Program-made: the position numbers and the translations under genes | Sequence record: SRR31156797_5117 | Length of the DNA: 34,317 nt | Reading direction: 5' to 3' (one strand) | Part shown: one piece after another, positions 8,446 to 18,000 of the stretch | How positions within the stretch are numbered: position 1 is the stretch's first letter | How the letters are laid out: every line of letters begins with the position of its first letter | Notes under the pieces: generated by a model | What the model saw: only the letters and a program-made list of their open reading frames with translations | What the model was told of the DNA's origin: nothing | Databases searched by the model: none

Positions 8446-9556
8446 AAGTTTTATATGGCCTCTTTTTAGCCGAGTACTACATATATTATTAATACTCTTT
8501 TTCTTGATCACTTATATTTTAGGTGATATGGATGAACTTTTAGATTATCATGCAGTTTTTGGAATACTTTTTATTCTTTTGTTTCTCTATAGGATAATAT
8601 GGGGGTTTATTGGACCGAAGTATTCCAAATTTAAAGATTTTAATTTTAATAAGAATGATCTAAAAGAGTATTTGCTTTCACCTTTTTCTCATATCAAAGA
8701 ATATGTAGGACATAATCCAGCATCAAGTTTTGTTATCGTTTTTATGATCATTTTGAGTATCTTAGCGACACTTAGTGGAATGTTTGTATATGGGATCGAG
8801 GAAAATCACGGAGTGTTTGCTTTTTTACATAATGAATACTATAGGAGTATGGAGTTTTTAGAGGATAGCCATGAATTTATCGTAAATCTTCTTATCGGTG
8901 TGATCATTATTCATGTAGTAGGATCACTTATAGATAAATATATCAAAAAAGGTGATGCTATAGATTCGATGATAAGTGGATATAAAAATACTACAGTGAA
9001 AGGTGATATAAAAGTCAATATATTTCAAAAGCTTTTTACAACTTTTTGTATCGGGTTTTTTCTTTATGCTAGTTATTATCTGTTAGATACACAAAAAAGT
9101 ATTTTTACCCAAGGGGGCTATGAAAAGCAAGAGTATGCAATGCTTCATGAAGATTTTTATAATGAGTGTGGAAGTTGTCATATCACTTATCCTCCGTATC
9201 TACTTCCAAAAAAGTCTTGGGCTTTGATGATGGATGATCTGGAAAATCACTTTGGTGATGATGCCAGTATAGATAAAATGACAAATATCTCTATCCGTTC
9301 TTTTTTGGAAAAAAATAGTAGTGAAAACTCTACCCATGAAGCGGCTTTTAAAATTTTAAAAACTCTCAAAGAGAATCATAGTACAATAGCAATCACAAAA
9401 ACCCCATATTGGGAAAAACGGCATAAAGATATTGATGAAAAGATATTTTTATCCAAAGAGGTCAAAAGCAAAGCAAATTGTAGTGCTTGTCACCAAGATA
9501 TTGAGTATGGGCTATTAGAAAACAATTTAATAAAACTTCCTAAAAAAGGGGAATGA
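8438..9556 (+). CDS. Cytochrome b (Ni-hydrogenase cyt b type) fused to a C-terminal DHC domain
   Basis: ATG 8438 overlaps the DHC stop. TM helices with His ligands (RVLH, DYH, DSHE, IIHV), YRIIWGFIG and GHNP; C-terminal ECGSCH, LENHFGDDAS and NCSACH. Confidence 0.85.
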   Translation: MTKSFIWPLFSRVLHILLILFFLITYILGDMDELLDYHAVFGILFILLFLYRIIWGFIGPKYSKFKDFNFNKNDLKEYLLSPFSHIKEYVGHNPASSFVIVFMIILSILATLSGMFVYGIEENHGVFAFLHNEYYRSMEFLEDSHEFIVNLLIGVIIIHVVGSLIDKYIKKGDAIDSMISGYKNTTVKGDIKVNIFQKLFTTFCIGFFLYASYYLLDTQKSIFTQGGYEKQEYAMLHEDFYNECGSCHITYPPYLLPKKSWALMMDDLENHFGDDASIDKMTNISIRSFLEKNSSENSTHEAAFKILKTLKENHSTIAITKTPYWEKRHKDIDEKIFLSKEVKSKANCSACHQDIEYGLLENNLIKLPKKGE

Positions 9557-9939
9557 TGAAATATATATTGCTACTACTAATATCTACACTTCTATTTTGC
9601 GATGATCATGAGCATGAAAAAAGAGATCATTATTATCATAAAGATCTCAGTCATCTTGAATTAACATATGATCAAAAAAAGAGTATCAAGAAATTTTTAA
9701 GACAATATAGAAAAGAGCTTAAAGAATATAGAGAATTTAAAGAAGATATTCTAGAAGAAAAAGAGGATATTTTTGAAAAAGAGAACTTTAAAAAAGAGAA
9801 GTTTATAGAGATAAATCTTAAGCTAGCAACTGAAGCTTCTAAAATAGAGATTAGATTTTTAGAAAATATCCATAAGATACTCTCTAAAAAACAAAGGGAG
9901 CGTTTTATTGAGCATATGGATGAGTGGGAGATAGAATGA
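9553..9939 (+). CDS. Periplasmic Spy/CpxP/ZraP-like helical protein with a His-rich N-terminus
   Basis: Signal peptide, DDHEHEKRDHYYHK, and two LTxxQ-like motifs (LELTYDQK, ILSKKQR); directly upstream of a two-component pair. Confidence 0.65.
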   Translation: MMKYILLLLISTLLFCDDHEHEKRDHYYHKDLSHLELTYDQKKSIKKFLRQYRKELKEYREFKEDILEEKEDIFEKENFKKEKFIEINLKLATEASKIEIRFLENIHKILSKKQRERFIEHMDEWEIE

Positions 9940-10604
9940 ATATCCTACTTATAGAAGATGATCTCGATATGCAAGATCTTTTACAAGACTATCTTAAAAA
10001 TTATGAGTTTGAAGTATCAGCTTATGCAGATCCTATTATAGGTTTAAAAGAGCTTCAAAAACAAAAACATTATGATCTTGTGGTACTTGATCTTATGCTT
10101 CCAAATCTTGATGGATTTGATGTGTGCAAAAAGATACGAGAATCTTCCAATATCCCTATCATTATCTCAAGTGCTAGGGGAAATTTAGGAGATAAAGTAG
10201 CAGCATTTGAGTATGGGGCTGATGATTATCTTGCAAAACCTTATGAACCCAAAGAGCTTATCATAAGAATACATGCCATCTTGAGAAGAATGGCATTTAA
10301 AAGTGGTAAAAGAGTCTTTGGAGAATTTGAGATAGATGAGAAAAAAATGGAGATATCTCAAGATGGACATCCTTTAAGTTTGACACAAATAGAATATGAG
10401 ATATTTTACCATCTTTTAAATAATTCTGCTCAAGTGTTATCGCGAGAAAGTATCGCACAGTATCTAGGAAGTGAACATAAAAACATCAAAGATAGAGCAA
10501 TAGATATGCATATAAGCAATATAAGAAATAAGATACTCGATGATCCAAAAGCACCTAAATATATAAAGTCAATTTGGGGTGTAGGATATAAGTTTATAGG
10601 ATAA
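9936..10604 (+). CDS. OmpR/PhoB-family response regulator
   Basis: LLIEDD, LDLMLP (phosphoacceptor Asp), GADDYLAKPY, winged helix DMHISNIRNK...IWGVGYKF. ATG 9936 forms an ATGA overlap. Confidence 0.95.
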   Translation: MNILLIEDDLDMQDLLQDYLKNYEFEVSAYADPIIGLKELQKQKHYDLVVLDLMLPNLDGFDVCKKIRESSNIPIIISSARGNLGDKVAAFEYGADDYLAKPYEPKELIIRIHAILRRMAFKSGKRVFGEFEIDEKKMEISQDGHPLSLTQIEYEIFYHLLNNSAQVLSRESIAQYLGSEHKNIKDRAIDMHISNIRNKILDDPKAPKYIKSIWGVGYKFIG

Positions 10605-10606
10605 AT

Positions 10607-11818
10607 ATGTCAATATTAACGAAAATAGTATTTTTATTTCTTATAAGTATCTCTTTGATGTTTTATCTCTCTATAAAAACAGATGCTATTACCAGTGAGA
10701 AGATAGAGTTTATTCATAAACAAAAATATATTCAAGCCTCAAAAGAGCTTTTTGAACTCCTTATTAATGCTGATACTATAAAACTCGATAAAACTATAAA
10801 AGCTTTAAATTATGAAATAGTTACAATGAATATTCTTGATAAAAGTGCATATGTTATCTATGAAAATAAAGTCTCTTTTGGAAGTATTAAGATATATAAA
10901 AAAGATGATAGATATTTTTTATATATGAGCTATCTTGATGATGAAGTATTGTATTTCGACAACTCTCAAAATGAGGAGGAAAAACAAAAAAAACTGCTTA
11001 ATTCTCTTATAGTTATTGATATTGTTGTTCTTTTTATTATGCTTTTTATTATATTAAAAATGCTTTTTCCTCTTAAAACACTTTCAAAAGGGATAAAAAA
11101 GTTTGGTAGTGGAGATTATTCGTATAGATTACCAAAGTTATCAACTAATGATGAAATAGCGCAGACAGTAGATAGATTTAATACTATGGCTGAAAACCTT
11201 GAAAGACTTATCGTATCAAGAGCTCAGTTCTTAAGTGATATAAGCCATGAGCTGAGAACTCCTATTTCAAAGTCTAAGCTTGCATTGGAGATGATAGAAA
11301 AGAGTAAATACAAAGAGATACTTAAAAAATCGATCCTTCAAATAGATGAACTGACAAATGAGATACTAGAGCTTGAAAAACTTAATTCAAATAGTCTGCA
11401 ACTGGAGTTCAAAGAGTATAATATAGAAACAGTTTTAGCTCAGGTGTTTTCAAAAATGATTATAGAAGATGATGAGATTGAAGTTGATATACAAGAAAGC
11501 TTTTATTGTACGGCTGATCTTAATTATCTTGCAATAGCTATTAAAAACCTTATAGATAACGGACTCAAATATAAACAAAGCGGAAAAGTAAAAATCGTTA
11601 TAAAAAATAATTCCATAGAGGTTCTTAACAAAGGGGAAAAACTTCAGCATAATCTTGAATTTTATACAAGAACTTTTACCCAAGAGGATAGTTCAAGATC
11701 AAAAAGTGGCTATGGACTAGGACTTAATATTGTGAAAAGAGTTTTAGAATATCACAATTATAAACTTGAATATACTTATCAAAAGTCATTGAATAGTTTT
11801 AAGATACTATTGAGTTAG
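10607..11818 (+). CDS. Membrane sensor histidine kinase with HAMP domain
   Basis: Two TM helices, HAMP (DEIAQTVDRFNTMA), H-box ISHELRTP, N-box NLIDNGLKY, G-box GYGLGL. Confidence 0.95.
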   Translation: MSILTKIVFLFLISISLMFYLSIKTDAITSEKIEFIHKQKYIQASKELFELLINADTIKLDKTIKALNYEIVTMNILDKSAYVIYENKVSFGSIKIYKKDDRYFLYMSYLDDEVLYFDNSQNEEEKQKKLLNSLIVIDIVVLFIMLFIILKMLFPLKTLSKGIKKFGSGDYSYRLPKLSTNDEIAQTVDRFNTMAENLERLIVSRAQFLSDISHELRTPISKSKLALEMIEKSKYKEILKKSILQIDELTNEILELEKLNSNSLQLEFKEYNIETVLAQVFSKMIIEDDEIEVDIQESFYCTADLNYLAIAIKNLIDNGLKYKQSGKVKIVIKNNSIEVLNKGEKLQHNLEFYTRTFTQEDSSRSKSGYGLGLNIVKRVLEYHNYKLEYTYQKSLNSFKILLS

Positions 11819-11957
11819 TCAAAAGCTTTGAAAAGTTTCTTGAGATAGAGAGGTTGTTTCATCCTCTTTACAAACTCATATATACTTTCTTTTTTATATG
11901 CTGTGGAACACAACATGTATCTAATAATATAATAATCAATACAAAACTGGAGTGAAT

Positions 11958-12425
11958 ATGCAAGATTTTATAGATAGTTATAAGATAACTTTTGAGATAG
12001 ATAAAAATGTAAAACTAGATGAATCTTTAGAGGTAGGGGATATAAAAGTTACGGAAGATACTTACTTTATCAATGCTACGAAAGACCCTGAAGTAATTGA
12101 ACAGCTAGGGAAGATAAAACTACATGCTACTTTAAATGATGATAGAGTACTTAAACCTACAACAAAACTGATGAGTATCTTAATGCTTGGATGGATATAT
12201 AAAACTATGTCAAAACAACTAGAAGTGATAGAGATGGATCTTTTACTTGAGAAACTTCTCATCAAAAAAGAAGATTCACCAATTGAGTCTTATTCTGTTT
12301 TAAAAGCTTTGAATGCAGATCCTGTTTTAACTGGGGCAGATTCAAGTCTGATAGATAGATTTATCATGCTTGATCCAAGTGCTGCTATGCTAGATGAAAT
12401 TGAAAAGATCGAAGAAGAAATTTAG
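11958..12425 (+). CDS. Hypothetical acidic protein
   Basis: Open frame; GGAG SD before ATG 11958 (the ORF track uses GTG 11952); no recognised motif. Confidence 0.7.
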   Translation: MQDFIDSYKITFEIDKNVKLDESLEVGDIKVTEDTYFINATKDPEVIEQLGKIKLHATLNDDRVLKPTTKLMSILMLGWIYKTMSKQLEVIEMDLLLEKLLIKKEDSPIESYSVLKALNADPVLTGADSSLIDRFIMLDPSAAMLDEIEKIEEEI

Positions 12426-12433
12426 GTAAAGAG

Positions 12434-13762
12434 CTATTGGATACTATTTAAGATAGTATCCACATCTAGCCTTTTTTTCATCTCCTCAACAAACTCTTTT
12501 ATATTTTGTTTTTTATAGTTTTCAAACCACTCATCTATAAAAAGCCCATGGGAAAAAGTTCCATAGATATTTTCTGTTTTATAGGTATTTGAGTATTTTT
12601 CACTTATTCCATGATGTATTTCAAAAAGGTGTCCCTCTTTTTTTAAGACTTTTTCTTTTTGAAAAACTATTTCATCATCAATAAACCCAAACCCCTCTTC
12701 AATAGTTGGCTCCAAGACTTCTATACACTTATTATCAATGATCCTTTCAAATAGCATCTGATACCCACCACAGATCCCTACGATATGGTTTTGTTTTTTT
12801 GCTTCTTTTTGTTTGATTTGCTCAAAAAGTCCAGTTTCTTTGAGCCACCTTAGATCTTTGATCACAAGTTTACTTCCAGGTAAGATAACACACTCATACT
12901 GTTCAAGGGACACATTGGTATCTATAAACTCTACACAAGTGTTTGGATCAGCGATCAAAGGCTCAAAATCATTGTAGTTACTCATATAAGGATAAGAGAT
13001 GATAGCTACTTTTCTAGTAGACTTAGAACAATCTTGGGTAAAGTTCTTTAAACTAGCACTATCTTCAAAGCCAAGATTAAAAGGCTTATAAGGGAGTACT
13101 CCAAGCACAGGGATACCAAACTCTTTTTCTATGATCTCTATCCCTTTATCAAATAAAGACAAATCTCCACGAAACTTATTAATAATCACACCGATCACAT
13201 TTTTTTGAAGTTTTTTAGGGAGTAGATTATACACTCCATAGATACTAGCAAATACTCCACCTTTTTCAATATCAGCTACAAGTATGATCTTGGTATTAAA
13301 AGTATCCGCTATATAGATATTGGATAAGTCCTTATCCATAAGATTCAGCTCCACAGGACTTCCAGCTCCTTCACATACTACACAATCATATTGAGAGTCT
13401 AGATAAGTAAAAGCCTCTTTAACTGCAGGCTTAAGCGAATCAAGATCACGATAATACTCCCGCACATCTTTATCTTTTACCACTTGTCCATTGACTATAA
13501 GTGAAGCAGAACTTCCTCGACCTGATTTTAATAAGATAGGGTTTAAGTGATAAGAAGTAGGTACATCTAAAACACTCGCTTGAAAATACTGAGCGATAGC
13601 GATCTCACTTCCATCATCTGCAACGTGTGAATTGTTGGATACGTTTTGTGCTTTAAATGGAACGACAGAGTATCCTAGGTCTTGGAGTATCTTTGCTATG
13701 ACAAAGGTTATTGTTGATTTTCCTGCATCGGAGCTTGTGCCGAAGATTGAGATATTATTCAT
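12434..13762 (-). CDS. cobQ: Cobyric acid synthase CobQ/CbiP
   Basis: GTSSDAGKS, PFKAQN, LNPILLK, EGAGSPVELN, ADIEKGG, NKFRGD; glutaminase triad residues in GICGGYQML and GTFSHGLF. Confidence 0.95.
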   Translation of the reverse strand: MNNISIFGTSSDAGKSTITFVIAKILQDLGYSVVPFKAQNVSNNSHVADDGSEIAIAQYFQASVLDVPTSYHLNPILLKSGRGSSASLIVNGQVVKDKDVREYYRDLDSLKPAVKEAFTYLDSQYDCVVCEGAGSPVELNLMDKDLSNIYIADTFNTKIILVADIEKGGVFASIYGVYNLLPKKLQKNVIGVIINKFRGDLSLFDKGIEIIEKEFGIPVLGVLPYKPFNLGFEDSASLKNFTQDCSKSTRKVAIISYPYMSNYNDFEPLIADPNTCVEFIDTNVSLEQYECVILPGSKLVIKDLRWLKETGLFEQIKQKEAKKQNHIVGICGGYQMLFERIIDNKCIEVLEPTIEEGFGFIDDEIVFQKEKVLKKEGHLFEIHHGISEKYSNTYKTENIYGTFSHGLFIDEWFENYKKQNIKEFVEEMKKRLDVDTILNSIQ

Positions 13763-15047
13763 TTGGTAGGATACCTGATTCTATGAAGTCATTTATTTTC
13801 TGAAAAGTTTCTTCATCAATGTTTGTTGGTATTCCTATACTAAGAAAGTGTAAACTTTTAAAAAGTTCTTTATCCTGTTTTATGCTTTCTTCTGAAACTT
13901 GAATGTTATTATGTTTTTTAATCTCTGAATCAATTTTAATTTTTCCAATTAAATAATTTATGATATTTAGTTCTCGATTATAGCCATCAGGTATTAATCT
14001 TCTGATAGGTTGGACAATATTGTGATCAATTTTATATTCTCCTTTAACAAGAATAATTGGTATATATTTTCCCGTTCCTTCTCTTAGCTCTCCATAAGCA
14101 TGAGGTTTAAATTCTTCAACTTTACTCATACTAAAAGTTTTATGATTCAAAACAAAATTTATATTGACTAAAATTAAACATCGAATAATATCTTCATTTT
14201 TTTTTAAATTACCTTCAATCCATTCTAGTAGATTATATAAAACTTGAATATAAATTCTTGCATTTAATTCTTTTGTTTCTTCAATTGTTTCAAGTATAGT
14301 TTCTTTATATTCATCTAGTTTTTGATATTTTTCATCACTATTATAAATGAGTTCAAAAAGTTCTTCAATAATTGGTGAATAATATAGATATTTTGATACA
14401 GTCTTTTCTTTAACATTTGAAAATATCTTTTTCTCTTCTCCTTCAAATACATCATCATTTAATATAATGACAACTTTACATCTAAACTCAATAGTAAGTT
14501 GAGAAATAAATCCAAATAGATCATTGAGGTCTATATCTTTTGATTTTCGTTCAAAATCATCAAAACAGATAATAGCTCCACTATTTAGATAATTGATTGT
14601 GTCTTTTAATTTTACTTTATCCACTTTTTTTTCTAAAATATTAAAAGTTTTATCTGTTATTTTCGATAGATCAGCATTCACTCCAAATATACTTAAAGCT
14701 TTTGGAATATCTGTAACTACACCAATAGTGTTTTTTACTATTTCTAAGCCTTTTCTTCCAAGTTCTAATGGATTTGAACTTAAATATATTTCAGTAAAAA
14801 CTTCATTTTTTATTTGTTCAATAGAAGTTTTTCCATAGAGGCTTATATAGTGATTTGGAATAATATGTTTTCTTTTATATTCATTAACTTCATTATTTAA
14901 AATAGGTACAATATCACGTTGCCAAAAATAAGTTTTTCCACTTCCCCATTTACCAGAAAGCATAATAGTTTTATGGTTATTATCAGGATTTAATAAATAT
15001 CCATTTTCCCCAACTAAATAGTTTTTTAAAGTTTCTCTATCTGCCAT
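13755..15047 (-). CDS. KAP-family P-loop NTPase
   Basis: Walker A MLSGKWGSGKT, YISLYG, Walker B ICFDDFER, VVIILN, EKTV. ATG 15047 is preferred over TTG 15059. Visibly more AT-rich than its neighbours. Confidence 0.8.
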   Translation of the reverse strand: MADRETLKNYLVGENGYLLNPDNNHKTIMLSGKWGSGKTYFWQRDIVPILNNEVNEYKRKHIIPNHYISLYGKTSIEQIKNEVFTEIYLSSNPLELGRKGLEIVKNTIGVVTDIPKALSIFGVNADLSKITDKTFNILEKKVDKVKLKDTINYLNSGAIICFDDFERKSKDIDLNDLFGFISQLTIEFRCKVVIILNDDVFEGEEKKIFSNVKEKTVSKYLYYSPIIEELFELIYNSDEKYQKLDEYKETILETIEETKELNARIYIQVLYNLLEWIEGNLKKNEDIIRCLILVNINFVLNHKTFSMSKVEEFKPHAYGELREGTGKYIPIILVKGEYKIDHNIVQPIRRLIPDGYNRELNIINYLIGKIKIDSEIKKHNNIQVSEESIKQDKELFKSLHFLSIGIPTNIDEETFQKINDFIESGILPNE

Positions 15048-15074
15048 AACTAAATCCAATAAGTATTTTAAATA

Positions 15075-15377
15075 TTATGATACATAGATAAAGTCATCTT
15101 TTGCATCTAGTTTTATAAGAGGATTCATCTTTTTTTCTCGTACAAGATCAACTTTTGTATGAAGATTGCTTTCTAGTTCATTTAGAAACTCAAGATATTT
15201 GTCTAAAGATAACTTGTAAGATGATTCTAATTCATAAAGTATATCTATATCACTATCTTTTTTAGCATCATCTCTAGCATATGATCCAAAAAGAGCTAGT
15301 TTTGAGAGATGATATTTTTGAGAATAGTTTTCTTTATTTTGTGAAAGAAAATTTAAAATATCTTTTTTACTCATCAT
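15075..15377 (-). CDS. Minimal nucleotidyltransferase (MNT/MntA antitoxin family)
   Basis: LFGSYAR-x6-SDIDILYE and KVDLV motifs; own TATAAT (15397-15402) and AAGGAG SD. Confidence 0.88.
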   Translation of the reverse strand: MMSKKDILNFLSQNKENYSQKYHLSKLALFGSYARDDAKKDSDIDILYELESSYKLSLDKYLEFLNELESNLHTKVDLVREKKMNPLIKLDAKDDFIYVS

Positions 15378-15418
15378 AACTCCTTTGTTTGTATAGATTA
15401 TATCCTATTTGCTCTTAC

Positions 15419-15766
15419 TTAAAGAAAAGTAAGCTCATCAGGTTCAGTAGTGATCATACATAAAAACTCATAATCACTTCCATAACACGCTTCATAATAG
15501 TGAGCAGCACCAGCTGGGATATAAAGATAGTCTCCGGCTTTTGCATGAAAAGTCTCATCGCCTATAACTACTTTTGCTTCACCTTTTAGGGCTACTTGTT
15601 GATGCGCTATTTTATTGATATGATTTGGCATCATACCACCATCTTTTAGTGTGATCTTTCTTACGATAAACTCTTTTTCTTCTTTAGGGCTTAATACTTG
15701 GATATACGCTTCTTTTGTTTTTGGTATATGATTTGATTCTACACTTTGGATTGTTGTACATGACAT
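15419..15766 (-). CDS. Cupin-domain protein
   Basis: GGMMPNH..., LKGEAKVVIG, AGDYLYIPAGAAHYY cupin motifs; AAGGA SD and TATAAT at 15794-15799. Confidence 0.85.
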   Translation of the reverse strand: MSCTTIQSVESNHIPKTKEAYIQVLSPKEEKEFIVRKITLKDGGMMPNHINKIAHQQVALKGEAKVVIGDETFHAKAGDYLYIPAGAAHYYEACYGSDYEFLCMITTEPDELTFL

Positions 15767-15811
15767 ATGGATTCCTTTGCTTTGTTTAGAGTAATTATAT
15801 TGAAGTTTATT

Positions 15812-16828
15812 TTATAGTTGTTTAAGTGCTTTTTCTAATAGTTTAATATCTTCTAAAGATTTTACTGCAATACGTACAAAGCTTTCATCTAAAAAGTCAA
15901 AGTTAGAACAGTCACGTATAAGTATCTTATAGGGTTTTAGCTCCTCTTGAAATTCACTTGCTGTGAGCTCTTGTAGTTTCATTAGAAAAAAGTTTGCAGA
16001 TGATGGGAAAACTGTTTCAAATAAACTACATGATGAGAGTAGGGTAAAAAGTTTTTCTCTATTTAGATCATTTTGTTCTTTTGCTTGTTGTTTAAAAGTA
16101 GTATCTCTTAGTACCTCTTGGATATATAGAGAATCAAACTGTGATATTTTCCATGCAGGCTCTTTTGCTTTTAGTTTTTTGATATTTTCTTCATTTGAGA
16201 TAATAGCTCCTAGACGGATTCCCGCACTACTATAAAACTTGGTCATAGATTTTAATATATAAAGATTTGGATACTCTTCTAGGTATTCTATAGCACTTTT
16301 ACCATCCGTAAACTCTAAAAAAGATTCATCTACTAATACAGTACATCGTAAACTATACCATCTCTTTAAAAGCTTTTCTATATCGTAATACGATCCATCA
16401 GGAGTAGAAGGGTTTACAAAGACAACTAAAGAGTGTGGAGTAGGGCTCTCTTCAAAGTTATCAAATCTATTGATCATATGGAGTTTATATCCAAAGTTTA
16501 TAGCTGCTTTTTTATACTCTAAATAAGCAGGGGAATAGATAGTACAAGTTCTTAATTTCAAAAATTGAAAAAGGGAAAATATCCCACTACTTCCACCATT
16601 AAAAAGCTCCAATTTATCTTCTTTTATATGATAGTTATTTGCTATGACTCTATATAGTTCATCATAATTTGGATAAGAGGAGATATCTAAAGAGTTGAAA
16701 TCTATACTAAGTGTTGGTTTGATAAAGTTAATATTGGAAGAAAGATCAATGATCTCTTCTGTACTACAACGTAACTCTTTTGCAAAGCCTTGTATATCTC
16801 CCCCATGGGCAAACTTTCTTATAGCCAT
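15812..16828 (-). CDS. cobD: L-threonine-O-3-phosphate decarboxylase CobD
   Basis: HGG..IDLSSNIN, NPSTPDG, DESFLEF, KSMTKFYSSAGIRLG (PLP lysine), IRDCSNF, FVRIAVK; adjacent to cobS. Confidence 0.88.
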   Translation of the reverse strand: MAIRKFAHGGDIQGFAKELRCSTEEIIDLSSNINFIKPTLSIDFNSLDISSYPNYDELYRVIANNYHIKEDKLELFNGGSSGIFSLFQFLKLRTCTIYSPAYLEYKKAAINFGYKLHMINRFDNFEESPTPHSLVVFVNPSTPDGSYYDIEKLLKRWYSLRCTVLVDESFLEFTDGKSAIEYLEEYPNLYILKSMTKFYSSAGIRLGAIISNEENIKKLKAKEPAWKISQFDSLYIQEVLRDTTFKQQAKEQNDLNREKLFTLLSSCSLFETVFPSSANFFLMKLQELTASEFQEELKPYKILIRDCSNFDFLDESFVRIAVKSLEDIKLLEKALKQL

Positions 16829-17508
16829 AATAATATCCCTATATTAAGATAGATGAGCTCTTGAAGCTCTATATTAAATCCTAAAGTGTCTCCATTTAAA
16901 AAGCCAAGACGTTTTTTTAAAAGATTTAAAATCAGTTTTGTAAGAAAAGAAAATGGAACCATAGGAAGTCTTAGCCAAATAGGGGTTTTAAAGGCTTCTT
17001 GTAAAGAGAGGATAAAACTGCTTTTGTTATGATATTCGAGTTCCAATGCAAAGATAATAGAAGCTCGACTCAGTATCAAAGCTAAGATAATAGTGATATA
17101 ACATTCATAATAAAGTAAAAACCCAAGAGCAGTAAGCTTTAATAAAATAAAACAAAAAGCCCCAATAGCTCCTAAAGCTCCAACTTGAGGCTCTTTCATT
17201 ATCTCATACACATCTTTACCACTCAAACTTGCATAATACCCATCAATAGTATCAGCCACAGCTTCAAGGTGAATAAAGCCATATAAGCAAAGATAGATGA
17301 TAGAAACTACGATAGCCTTATAAAGAGTTGGCAATGGTAAGATGAGGTATAGTAAAACAGTAATAACGCCTAAAATAATGCCTACGAGAGGAAGTCCAAA
17401 GATCACACCTCTATAAAACTTTTTATTGGCTTTAAACTTTTCAAGCTTTATAGGCAAGATACTAAAATAGGAGATTGAGTAAAGAATACCGTTTATAATA
17501 TGTTTCAT
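16819..17508 (-). CDS. cobS: Cobamide synthase CobS (adenosylcobinamide-GDP ribazoletransferase)
   Basis: Membrane protein with GFIHLEAVADTIDG, IMKEPQVGALG and LNGDTLG. Confidence 0.92.
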   Translation of the reverse strand: MKHIINGILYSISYFSILPIKLEKFKANKKFYRGVIFGLPLVGIILGVITVLLYLILPLPTLYKAIVVSIIYLCLYGFIHLEAVADTIDGYYASLSGKDVYEIMKEPQVGALGAIGAFCFILLKLTALGFLLYYECYITIILALILSRASIIFALELEYHNKSSFILSLQEAFKTPIWLRLPMVPFSFLTKLILNLLKKRLGFLNGDTLGFNIELQELIYLNIGILLWL

Positions 17509-17999
17509 TTTATTTTTACCCCTATACCAAACTTCACTTCATACACTTCATCACACATTTCTGCTAGATATTGCCCTATGATTCCTGTTAGGTCTACAAA
17601 GCGTCGTGTCTCTTTTTCAAAAGGGATGATACCTCCATTGACATCATTAAGTACAAAGACGATATTTGCATTGGTCTTTGCTAGCTTTGCAAGTTGAGAG
17701 AATAGCTCACTATCTTCTAAGTCTATATTATTTAAAAGCCACACAGAGATACAGTCGATGAGGTAAGTATTATCATCTTGTATCACTTTGCTAAGATCTT
17801 TTGTCTCTTCAATGGTGATAAAGCTTGATTCTCTTTGGTTTTGATGGGTATCGATCCGCTGTTGCATCTCTTTATCACCATAAGAGTTATCATAGGTTGC
17901 TATATAGTAAGGCTTATGAGATGATAGCTCTAAGGCTTTTTGCTCGGCTAAAAGGCTTTTGCCGCTTTTTTGACCGCCGAAGTAGAGTATCTTATGCAT
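17505..17999 (-). CDS. cobU: Bifunctional adenosylcobinamide kinase/guanylyltransferase CobU
   Basis: GGQKSGKS, YIAT, EMQQRIDTHQNQR, LIDCISVW, RRFVDLTG. Confidence 0.93.
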   Translation of the reverse strand: MHKILYFGGQKSGKSLLAEQKALELSSHKPYYIATYDNSYGDKEMQQRIDTHQNQRESSFITIEETKDLSKVIQDDNTYLIDCISVWLLNNIDLEDSELFSQLAKLAKTNANIVFVLNDVNGGIIPFEKETRRFVDLTGIIGQYLAEMCDEVYEVKFGIGVKIK

Positions 18000-18000
18000 A

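Noticed and set aside
11848-11870. Terminator after the histidine kinase (AGAGG...CCTCT)
   Set aside because: Short stem, large loop and weak U-tract; not enough support.
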